Origin: Rhodospirillaceae bacterium
GTDB taxonomy: Bacteria > Pseudomonadota > Alphaproteobacteria > GCA-2731375
Reading direction: 5' to 3'
Assembly: GCA_018667855.1 (NCBI GenBank)
Contig: JABIRL010000002.1
Location: forward strand, 2,300-66,299
DNA: 64,000 nt
In this document: positions 19,231 to 28,400 of the stretch, piece after piece
Layout of the letters: every line of letters begins with the position of its first letter
Position numbering within the stretch: position 1 is the stretch's first letter
Notes under the pieces: generated by a model
Databases searched by the model: none
The model's input: only the letters and a program-made list of their open reading frames with translations
Told to the model about the DNA's origin: nothing
Program-made: the position numbers and the translations under genes

Positions 19231-20457
19231 TCAAGCCAGCATATCGGCAACAGACAATGCGATAATCCGGGCGGCATCCCGCAACAGGCTCACCGGCAGA
19301 CGTTCGTTCGCCCGGTGTGCATTGGCGTCTTCGATCGTGCGCGGGCCGGCTCCAAATAGTATTGTTGGGATGCCATAAGCCGTGTAATGGCGGGCATCGG
19401 TGTAGAGCGGCACACCGGCCTGTGGAATATCTTCGCCCAGGACCGCGCTGGCGTGTTTTTGCACGACGGCCGCCAGATGGTCCACATCGCCCACCGGCTT
19501 CAACGGCTCGGCCAGCATGATCCGCGTTATATCAACCGAGATACCATCAAGTCCCATTGCCGCACGGTTGATCAGGGCGCGCAGATCGCCTTCCACCTCG
19601 CCCGCGTCTTCCTCCGGGATCATCCGGCGGTCGATACGCAGGCTGACCCGGTCGGGCACCACGTTGGTGTTGATACCGCCTTCGATCAGGCCCACGTTCA
19701 GCTGCGGCGAACCGATGCCATCAATGTCCGAGACTCGTTCCGTGAGCAGGCTTCGGTGACTATAAATCGCCGTCAAAATGCCGTTGGCGGCCTCAAGTGC
19801 GTCATGCCCCGTGCCGGGCTTGGCCGCGTGGGCCGATCTACCCTTCACCTCCACACCCAGATGCAAACAGCCGTTATGAGAGGTGATGACCCCATACGAA
19901 AACCCGGCGGAGATGGCATAGTCCGGCTTCGAAATGCCCTCGTCGATCAGCCATTTCGGGCCGATGGCGCCACCGGCTTCCTCGTCATAGGTCAGATGCA
20001 GTTCGACAGTGCCATTCAGTTCGGCGCCAGTTTCGATCAAGGCCTTCAGGGCATAGGCATAGGTGGCGAAATCCGATTTGGACACGGCCGCGCCCCGGCC
20101 GTACATCCAGCCATCGACAATATTGGCGCCGTAGGGATCATGGTCCCAGCCATCGCCGGGCGCCACCACATCGCCATGGGCGTTGAGGGCGATCACCGGG
20201 CCGTCGCCAAAGCGGTGGCGAATGACCAGATTGGTGGCGGAGATCATGCCGTTGTCGCGGCAAAGTCCTTCGGGCACCGGGTGCTGCTCCACCTCGAATC
20301 CCATGGCCGATAGCAGCTCGCTTGCGCGGGCGCCATGGGCGGCACAATCGCCGGGTGGGTTGTCCGAAGGCACCTTGACCAGTTCGGCCAGCAGGGCAAT
20401 CTGGTCATTGTGATGGGCCTCCAGCCAGGCCGCCAATTCCAGCTCCATCTCAGTCAT
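19231..20457 (-). CDS. M20 (ArgE/DapE-like) metallo-amidohydrolase of unknown substrate
   Basis: VPSDNPPGD, ALNAHGDVV, GRGAAVSKSD, YDEEAGG, GRSAHAA, NAHRANE. Confidence 0.88.
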   Translation of the reverse strand: MTEMELELAAWLEAHHNDQIALLAELVKVPSDNPPGDCAAHGARASELLSAMGFEVEQHPVPEGLCRDNGMISATNLVIRHRFGDGPVIALNAHGDVVAPGDGWDHDPYGANIVDGWMYGRGAAVSKSDFATYAYALKALIETGAELNGTVELHLTYDEEAGGAIGPKWLIDEGISKPDYAISAGFSYGVITSHNGCLHLGVEVKGRSAHAAKPGTGHDALEAANGILTAIYSHRSLLTERVSDIDGIGSPQLNVGLIEGGINTNVVPDRVSLRIDRRMIPEEDAGEVEGDLRALINRAAMGLDGISVDITRIMLAEPLKPVGDVDHLAAVVQKHASAVLGEDIPQAGVPLYTDARHYTAYGIPTILFGAGPRTIEDANAHRANERLPVSLLRDAARIIALSVADMLA

Positions 20458-20463
20458 CCCGTA

Positions 20464-21696
20464 TCATCCTTCCAACTCTTCCAGCACCGCCAGCATGATC
20501 TTGATGCCGGCCGTGACATCGTCCAGGGTCGTGCGCTCCGCCGGGTTGTGGCTGATGCCGCCCTCGCTGCGCAAAAAAATCATGCCCACGTCGCATAATT
20601 CGGCCATGGCGGCGGCATCATGGCCGGCGCCGCTGGGTAGCCTGGTAGGCTCGATACCGGTTGCAACAATGGCCCGCTCTATGGCGTCCATCATTGCCGG
20701 CGCACAGGGCGCGGCGGTGGCTTCATGAAACACCGTGACCCGCGCGTCGACCCGGCGATTTTCCGCCGCCGCCCGAATGGCCCGGATCACCCGCGCAACG
20801 GCATCGCGGCGCGCGCCGTCTTCCCTGGCGCGCACATCGACGGTAAAGCTGACATCGCCCGGTATGACATTGATGGCGCCCGGCGCGGTACGCAAAATAC
20901 CGACGGTTCCCACCACATCCTCCATCCCGGCGCAGATCGCCTCCACCGCCAAAACACCTTCGGCGGCGGCGGTCAGGGCATCCCGGCGCAAACCCATGGG
21001 TACCGTGCCCGCATGGCCCGCTTCGCCCGTGATGACCACCGACAGGCGCGTCTGGCCATTGATGGCGGTGACGATGCCGGCGGGCCGGTTCAGATTTTCC
21101 AGCACCGGCCCCTGTTCGATGTGCAGTTCCAGGAACGCCTTTACGTCCTGCCGCCCATAGGCAGCCTGGCAAATCCTGTCCCCATCAAGGTCAAATTCCT
21201 CAAGCGCCTGGCGGAAGCTCATGCCGTCGCTGTCCGTCCTGTCCAGAGTGGCCGGGTCCAGCCGACCCGTGATGGCGCGGCTGCCCAGATAGGTGGTGCC
21301 GAAACGGACGCCTTCCTCATCAGCGAAACCGACAACAACAATGGGATAGGACATCCGCCGCCCCGCCCCGTGCAGCGCCTGCACGCAGGCGATAGCGCAC
21401 AACACCCCCAACATGCCATCGAATTTGCCCGCATTGACCACGGTATCTAGGTGGGAGCCGATCATCAGCACTGGCCTGGCGTCGTCCGCGCCCTGGTAGC
21501 GGCCAATAACATTGCCCGCGGCGTCCTGCCGGGACGTCATGCCGGCGACCGACATCCAATCGGCCACAAGGGCATTGGCCCGGCGGTGTTCGTCGGTCAG
21601 GTAGCGGCGGGTCAATATACCCGGCGTCTCGCTGATTGCCGCCAGCGCATCGATCCGCCCCATGACCTGCCTGGCCAAAGCCTCAGGCGAATTCAT
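20464..21696 (-). CDS. allC: Allantoate amidohydrolase / N-carbamoyl-amino acid hydrolase family Zn hydrolase
   Basis: GSHLDTV..AGKFDG.LGV, DEEG.RF, ELHIEQGPVLE, GHAGT.PM..RRDAL, SGAGHDA, GISHNPAE; lies in a purine cluster. Confidence 0.8.
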   Translation of the reverse strand: MNSPEALARQVMGRIDALAAISETPGILTRRYLTDEHRRANALVADWMSVAGMTSRQDAAGNVIGRYQGADDARPVLMIGSHLDTVVNAGKFDGMLGVLCAIACVQALHGAGRRMSYPIVVVGFADEEGVRFGTTYLGSRAITGRLDPATLDRTDSDGMSFRQALEEFDLDGDRICQAAYGRQDVKAFLELHIEQGPVLENLNRPAGIVTAINGQTRLSVVITGEAGHAGTVPMGLRRDALTAAAEGVLAVEAICAGMEDVVGTVGILRTAPGAINVIPGDVSFTVDVRAREDGARRDAVARVIRAIRAAAENRRVDARVTVFHEATAAPCAPAMMDAIERAIVATGIEPTRLPSGAGHDAAAMAELCDVGMIFLRSEGGISHNPAERTTLDDVTAGIKIMLAVLEELEG

Positions 21697-22549
21697 GCAG
21701 CGCCTCGTGATCCTGTTCGATCCGCGCCAGACGGGCCCGCCCCTCGCCGCCCATTTCGCGCATCACGCCCATGGCGAAGAAATGCAGGCAGGACATGACG
21801 CCGGCATACCGATCCAGGGCGTCCGCGCCACGGATCGGGCAGCGAACCGTCCAATCCGCCGCGCCCTCCATGCCGGCATCCCGGTCGGTGAAATAGAGCA
21901 CTTTCGCGCCTTTTCGCCGGGCCAGGGCCAAAGTCTTGGCCACGGCGGGGACGCGACGGCGAAAGCCAAAGATCAGGATCATGTCGTCTTCGTTCAAATC
22001 GGCCAGGGACTCAGCGATTGTTTCGCCGGCCTGGGGCAGACTATGAACATCGCCGCGCACCTGGATCAATTGCCAACGCAGATATCCCGCCAAATACTGG
22101 CTGTTTCGCCAGCCGGCGACGAACACCCGCCGGGCCCCACAGATAGCGGCGACACTGGCGACAAAGCTCTCGGCATCAAGGCTATCGAGGGCCTGGGCCA
22201 CCAATTCCCCATCCTGTTGCCTATGACGCGACGCCAACGCGGTAAAATCCGCCGTCTCCGGCGCGCCCGATAGCAGTAGCAGCGGCGAGCCGGCCCGCTG
22301 ATCATCCCGGGCGGCCCGGCGCATGGCCTCGAAACCGTCATAGCCCAGGCGGTGGCACAACCGCGTCACGGCGGCCTTGGACGCGCCCGCCAATTGCGCC
22401 AGTTCCGTAGCGGAATAGCTGGCGATCTGGCCCGGAAAGTCCATGATCAGATCGCCAACTTTGCGTTCACTGGCTGGCAGGTCGCCATAATGGCCCCGAA
22501 TACGGGTCACCAGTGGTTCGACGGAGATTGATTGTTGCGTGCTGGTCAT
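21683..22549 (-). CDS. MurR/RpiR-family transcriptional regulator (HTH + SIS)
   Basis: L..SERKV.D.I, SATELAQLAGASKAAVTRLC.RLGYDGF, VFVAG.RNS. Confidence 0.9.
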   Translation of the reverse strand: MTSTQQSISVEPLVTRIRGHYGDLPASERKVGDLIMDFPGQIASYSATELAQLAGASKAAVTRLCHRLGYDGFEAMRRAARDDQRAGSPLLLLSGAPETADFTALASRHRQQDGELVAQALDSLDAESFVASVAAICGARRVFVAGWRNSQYLAGYLRWQLIQVRGDVHSLPQAGETIAESLADLNEDDMILIFGFRRRVPAVAKTLALARRKGAKVLYFTDRDAGMEGAADWTVRCPIRGADALDRYAGVMSCLHFFAMGVMREMGGEGRARLARIEQDHEALHEFA

Positions 22550-22600
22550 GGGGGACGGCGCCTCGACGGAGCAATATTTCAGGAGAAACTTAGACCATCA

Positions 22601-22655
22601 AAATCTAAAACTCAAATTTTAATAATAGATTTTTCGAAACCCTTGTTTTAGATTT
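22601..22655. promoter_or_regulatory. Inverted repeat in the divergent rpiR/ade promoter region
   Basis: AAATCTAAAAC (22601-22611) and GTTTTAGATTT (22645-22655), with a third half-site TAGATTT at 22626-22632. Confidence 0.45.
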
Positions 22656-22724
22656 ACACATAGGCATTCTCGTAACGATTTTGGCGCTATGATCTGCTTT
22701 CGCTGAAGATGAGGTCGAGCAAGC

Positions 22725-24435
22725 ATGGTTGACAATACGGCGATCCTGGCGCGGCGGATCGACCAGGCCCTGGGACGGGAGCCGGCGGATCTGGTGATCA
22801 AGAACACACGTTATCTGAACGTCATCGACGGCCAACTGGTGGCGGGCGACATCGCGGTGACGGGCGACACCATCGTCGGCGTACAGGCTGACTATCATGG
22901 CCGGCGGGAGGTTGACGGCCGGGGCAAGGTGGTCGTGCCGGGTTTTATCGACACCCATGTCCATGTGGAAAGCACCTGTATCTCGCCCTGGGAATTTGAC
23001 CGCGCCGTGCTGCCCCGGGGCACCACCACGGCGATCTGCGATCCCCACGAAATCTGTAATGTGCTGGGCACCAGGGGCCTGGATTATTTCTTTGCCGCCT
23101 CAGCCGAGTTGGCCATGGATCTGCGGGTACAACTTTCGAGCTGCGTCCCGGCCAGCCATCTTGAAACCTCCGGCGCGGTCATCACCGCCGCCGATCTGGC
23201 ACCATATAAGGATCACCCAAGGGGTATCGGCCTGGCGGAATTCATGAATTACCCCGGTCTGTTGAGCAAGGAACCTGCCGTGATGGAAAAGCTGAGCAGC
23301 TTTTTCGGCACCCATATTGACGGTCACGTGCCCATGGTGTCGGGCCGGGACCTGAACGCCTATTGCGCCTGCGGTATCAAGAATTGCCACGAAAGCACTT
23401 CCCTGGCGGAGGCGGCGGAGAAGCTTTCAAAGGGCATGCAGGTGCTGATCCGGGATGGCTCGCTTTGCAAGGACGTGGTGACCCTGACCCCCCTGATCAA
23501 TGATCTGACCTCGCCGTTCCTGGCGCTCTGTACCGATGACCGCAACCCCCTGGATATTGTCGAGGAAGGCCACCTGGATCATCTGATCCGCACGGCCATC
23601 GCCAACGGCGCGCCCATGGGCGCGGTCTATCGCGCCGCCAGCTGGTCGGCCGCGCAGGGTTTCGGGCTGCGGGACCGGGGCCTGATCGCGCCTGGCTACC
23701 GGGCCGATATGGTGCTGCTGGATGATCTGGCGGATTGCGCCGTCGGCGCCGTCATTCGCGGCGGCCAGCTGGTTGACGAGGGCACCTTTTTTCAACATCG
23801 CCCGGATCTTTCAATCGGGCGAAATTCCATCAAGCTTGACCGCGTCGATCCATCGATCTTCGCCACGCCCGCGTCCGGCCCCGGCGGCCCGGTCATCGGC
23901 CTGGTTGCCGACGGCGTCACGACCCTGCATCTGACCATGGATCTGCCGTACAAGGACGGTCTGCGCCATCCCGATCCTGACAGGGACGTGCTGAAAGTGG
24001 TGGTATTGAACCGCCATGGCGGCAACAAAAACATCGGCCGCGGCTTTTATCAAGGGCTTTGGTTTCCGGGACGCCGCCATCGCATCTTCGGTCGGTCACG
24101 ATGCCCACAACGTCATCGTGGTGGGCGATAACGATAGTGACATGGCGGTTGCCGTGAACCACCTGATCGAGATGCAGGGCGGCTTCACGGTGGTGCGCGG
24201 GGGCAAGGTCCTGGCCGATCTGCCATTACCCATCGCCGGTTTGATGAGCGATCACCCGGCTGATGATGTGGTCACCGGTCTGCGCGGTCTGCGCCGGGCG
24301 GCCAAGGACATCGGCTGCCCCCTGCCGGAGCCGTTTCTGCACATGGCGTTTTTGCCGCTGTGCGTTATTCCGCATTTGAAAATTACCGACCACGGCCTGG
24401 TGGATGTGGATAAATTCGAACTGGTAGCAGCTTAG
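22725..24435 (+). pseudogene. ade: Adenine deaminase interrupted by a +1 frameshift (true pseudogene or sequencing error)
   Basis: PGFIDTHVHVES, CDPHEICNV, AEFMNYPG, IDGH, HES, CTDDR in 22725-24131; C-terminal GFGF..AIASSVGHDAHN and PFL.MAFL.L.VIP.LKITD in the +1 frame; removing one T from TTTT at 24045-24048 gives a continuous 569-aa ORF. Confidence 0.85.
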
Positions 24436-24510
24436 ATGAGTCTTATTGCCATTGCCCGGCGCGGCGCGGCTTGGTAGTCAAGATAACTGTAACTTTCAGG
24501 AGGACGCCGG

Positions 24511-25311
24511 GTGGTAAAGGATGCCGCTGGCAGGGAACATTATCAGGCGGGATCAAGCGCGCGGATCGTGTCGCTGGTCCCCAGCCTGACGGAACTGTTA
24601 TTCGACCTGGACCTCGTCCAGCAATTGGTCGGGCGCACATCGTCCTGCGTCGAACCCGCGGGCCGGCTGGACCAGATCGATGTGTTGGGCACCACCAACA
24701 AGGTCGATATCATGAAACTGGCCGAACTGGGACCCAGTCATGTCCTGGTCAACAAGGACCAGACGCCCGAAGCCCTGACCCAGGAAATCATCAATCTGGG
24801 TGTCGAAATCGTTTTGACCCATTGCGAGGGCCCCGATGACGTCGTCACCTTGTTCGAGCTGATCGGAAACATATTCGCCAGGGACGAACAGGCGGGAAAT
24901 ATGATCGAGGCCTTGCAGCGGGAGATCACCACCACCAAGCAGGCCGCGGCGGAGCGGGATACAAAAAGGGTAATTTTCCTGACCTGGAAGAACCCCTGGG
25001 TCACGGTTTCGCAAAATACTTTTACAGCCAACGTACTGGCCATGGCCGGCATGGAGACATTGGGGCACAACCCGGACAGGCGCTTCCCCGATATCGACAT
25101 CGATCGGGCGCTGTTGGAACAGACCGATCTGGTGCTGTTCGGCAATGAACCGTTCCAGTTCGAGGACGAGGATGTGGACGAATTCCGCCTGTCCAACGGC
25201 ATCGGCAGCCGACCGTACCTGGAAATCGTCGATGGCCGCTCCCTGGCCTGGCCCGGCCGGCGCACCGTACAGGGCTTGCAGGAATTATCCCAGCTGGCAG
25301 CGCGCCTTTGA
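24511..25311 (+). CDS. Helical-backbone (BtuF/TroA-like) metal or cobalamin receptor domain protein
   Basis: RIVSLVPSLTELLFDL, VGRT..C..P, NKDQ, TWKNPW.TV..NTF..N.L, EP..F, VDGR.LAWPG. Confidence 0.8.
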   Translation: MVKDAAGREHYQAGSSARIVSLVPSLTELLFDLDLVQQLVGRTSSCVEPAGRLDQIDVLGTTNKVDIMKLAELGPSHVLVNKDQTPEALTQEIINLGVEIVLTHCEGPDDVVTLFELIGNIFARDEQAGNMIEALQREITTTKQAAAERDTKRVIFLTWKNPWVTVSQNTFTANVLAMAGMETLGHNPDRRFPDIDIDRALLEQTDLVLFGNEPFQFEDEDVDEFRLSNGIGSRPYLEIVDGRSLAWPGRRTVQGLQELSQLAARL

Positions 25312-25325
25312 TTGACTGCGATACT

Positions 25326-25353
25326 GGATGCCCGCGTCAAGCGCGGGCATGAC
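25326..25353. repeat. REP-like palindrome
   Basis: ATGCCCGCG-tcaag-CGCGGGCAT (25328-25350); reverse complement GTCATGCCCGCGCTTGACGCGGGCATCC resembles alphaproteobacterial REP units. Confidence 0.55.
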
Positions 25354-25406
25354 AGTTATGGCTGTATTTAGCCATTAATCGACCTCTTTCGTCATTGCCG
25401 GGCGTG

Positions 25407-25440
25407 AAAAAGGGGACACATAGCGAGTATGTGTCCCCTT
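25407..25440 (-). terminator. Intrinsic terminator of the giant RTX gene
   Basis: AAGGGGACACATA-gcgag-TATGTGTCCCCTT stem, followed on the minus strand by TTTTT, about 40 nt past the stop at 25481. Confidence 0.75.
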
Positions 25441-25480
25441 GATTCATGGAGCCGCGATTGGCGCCGTTAAAGTATCGCCA

Positions 25481-28400
25481 TCAATAGTCGATGGTTTCGA
25501 TGTTCTGGAAGGCGATTTGCGTGCCGTCCTCCAGGGTGATGGTACCGGCGGCATCGTCGCTGAGGGTCTTGGTGCTGCCGTCGTCCGATGTCTCGCTGCC
25601 TGTTGTCAGGCTGACGGTCCAGCCGGAGCCGACCGACGAACTATCGGCATTTTGCAGGGTGATGCTATCGGTCCAGCCACCGGCCGCGCCGCCATCGATG
25701 ATGTCGTTACCATCGCCCTCGCCAACGATGAAGTTATCGCTGCCGGCGCCGCCCGTAAGGGTATCGACCCCGCCCAGACCCTGGAAGGTATCGTTGCCCG
25801 CGTTGCCGGTGAAGACATTGACGTCGCCGTTACCGACCAGCGTATCGGCATAGTCGGAGCCGATCAGATTTTCGATACTGGTCAGGGTATCGCCCGCCGC
25901 ATCACCGCCCGAAGTGGCGCCGGTGTTCAGGTTGACGTTGATGGCGGAGCCAGAGTCGGCATAAGAGCCTGTATCGTTGCCGGCACCGCCCAGCAGGATA
26001 TCGGCGCCCGCGCCGCCCTTCAGGGTATCATCGCCGTCATCACCCGAAAGCGTATCCGCGCCGGCATCGCCGTTCACCGTATCTGCACCCTCGCCACCCG
26101 ACAGGATATCGTCGGCGTCGCCGCCATTCAGGGTATCGTCCCCGGCATCGCCGTACAGGCGATCACTCCCGGCCGCGCCGGAGAGGGTGTCACTGCCCGC
26201 GCCGCCGGAGATGAAGTCCTCGCCGGTCGTGCCGGTATTGGTATCGTCGCCGGAGGTCAAAGTAGCCCGGTCGGTACCGGTGGCACCAGCGGCATACAGA
26301 CCGTCGATGGTAGTTTCCGGCAACTGACTGTCGTAAATCGCGACCTCGGAGATCTTGCCATCGAAGAAATCCGACCCACCGGTGTACGCGCCAACCGACA
26401 CAGCCGTGCTGCCGCCATCGATACCCTCGATGTTGTTGGAATCATCCGCCACCTTGGTGCCATCCAAATAGATCTGCAGACCATCGGCGCCGAAGGTCAC
26501 GGTCAACTGGTACCATGTACCGGCTGAGACAACATTTGTGGCAGTCAAGGTACCGCCGTCGGGGCCGCCCATGGCAACCACGATGTTGCTGCCATCACGA
26601 TCGATATAGAAATCACCAGTGTTGCCGCCGGCCGGATCCCGGCTGACCAAGGTACCAGTGCCCGTGACTGTGTCGGCATTGAACCACAGCTGGATCGTGC
26701 CGTTAGCCTGGTTCCAGGCGGCGGAGTCCGGTATCGCCACGTAGTCGTTGACACCGTCGAAATTATTGCCGGTATTATTGATGTTGGCGAAGGGATCCGT
26801 CGTGTCTAAGTAATCTGTATTATTGGTCCAGGTGCCGTCGCTGCCGCTGATCTGGTCCACGGCGGTGGAATTGGCATCGTCAAGGCGCCAGTAACCCACC
26901 GCGCCGGCGTCCACGACCTCGGCCTGATGGGTATCATCGAATTCAGCCAGATCGTTGACGGTGATCGGCTTGACTTCATCATAGGTCTTGCCGGTGGAAT
27001 CCGTGACCCGGATGGTGATGTTGTGGCTTTGCGTGGTTTCAAAGTCCAGCAACGATCCATCCGCCACGGTGATCTCGCCGGTATTGGCACTGATCGCGAA
27101 ACGGCCGCCGGCATTGTCCGTCAGACTGTAGGTGAAGGTCTCGCCACTGTCCGGATCGACGCCGGCAGCGGTGCCAACCACGGTGCCGTTGGAGGCGTTT
27201 TCATCCACGCCGTCCGCCGTCAGCGTGACGTCGTCCGGTGTATCGGCCACCGGATTGATGTTGACCTTGAAACTGCCCGAGGACTGCGCGGTGTCGGAGC
27301 CGTCCGTCGCCGTCGCGGTTACCGACAGATTGAAATTGGTATCCTGGTCGGGGGGCGGTGTCAGGGTCAGGTTATTCAGTTGGGCCGCCGTGAAGGTCCA
27401 GGAACCGTCGCCATTGTTGGTGCCGGCGGAGAACTTGGAACCCACCGGAACGCCGGAGACGACAACCCCAAGGCTTTCCGAGCCGTCCGTATCGGACAGG
27501 GCCGAGGACAGGCTCAACGAAATCGCCGTATCCTCGCTGCCGGTCACATCGTTGGCGCTCAATGTTGGTGCATCCGCCACCTGGGCGACGGTGACACCGA
27601 CAGTGCTGACGCTCTGCGTAGTGTCCGAACCGTCGGTCGCGGTGGCCGTCACGGTCAGGGAGAAATTGCTGGCATCGTCGCTGGGCGGCGTAATGGTCAG
27701 GTTGGAAAGCTGGGCCGACGTCAGGGTCCAGCTGCCATCCCCGTTGTCGGTGCCGGCTGAAAGGCTTCCGCCCGTCGGCACGCCCGAGATGACCACGGAC
27801 AGACTTTCCGAACTGTCAGCCAGGGACGAGGAGATGCTGAGCGAGATCGCGCTGTCCTCGTTGCCGGAGGCGGCGGACGTGCTCAGGTTGGGCGAATCTG
27901 CCACACCGGCAACTGCAACATCGAGGGTATCAACGGATTGTGCCGTCGAGGAACCATCGGTTGCCGTGGCCGTCACGGTCAGTTGGAAATTGCTGCTGTC
28001 GTTACTGGGGGGCGTCACGGACAGGCCCGACAGTTGGGCCGACGTAAGGGTCCAGCTGCCATCGCCATTATCGGTACCCGCGGACAGGGAGGCCCCCGTC
28101 GGTACACCGGAGATCACCACGGAAAGACTTTCCGAGCTGTCGGCCAGATCAGACGAGATGGAGAGAGCGATGGCGCTGTCCTCGTTGCCGGAACCTGCCG
28201 ATGTGCTCAGGGTTGGCGTATCGGCGACACCGTCCACGGTGACGGCCAGGGTCTGTACGCTGCTGGCGCTGCTGCGATCATCGCTGGCCGTGGCGGTCAC
28301 GGTCAGAGAGAAATCACTGCTGTCATTGCTGGCGGGCGTGATGGACAGGCCCGACAGTTGGGTTGATGTCAGGGTCCAGCTGCCGTCGCCATTGTCGGTA

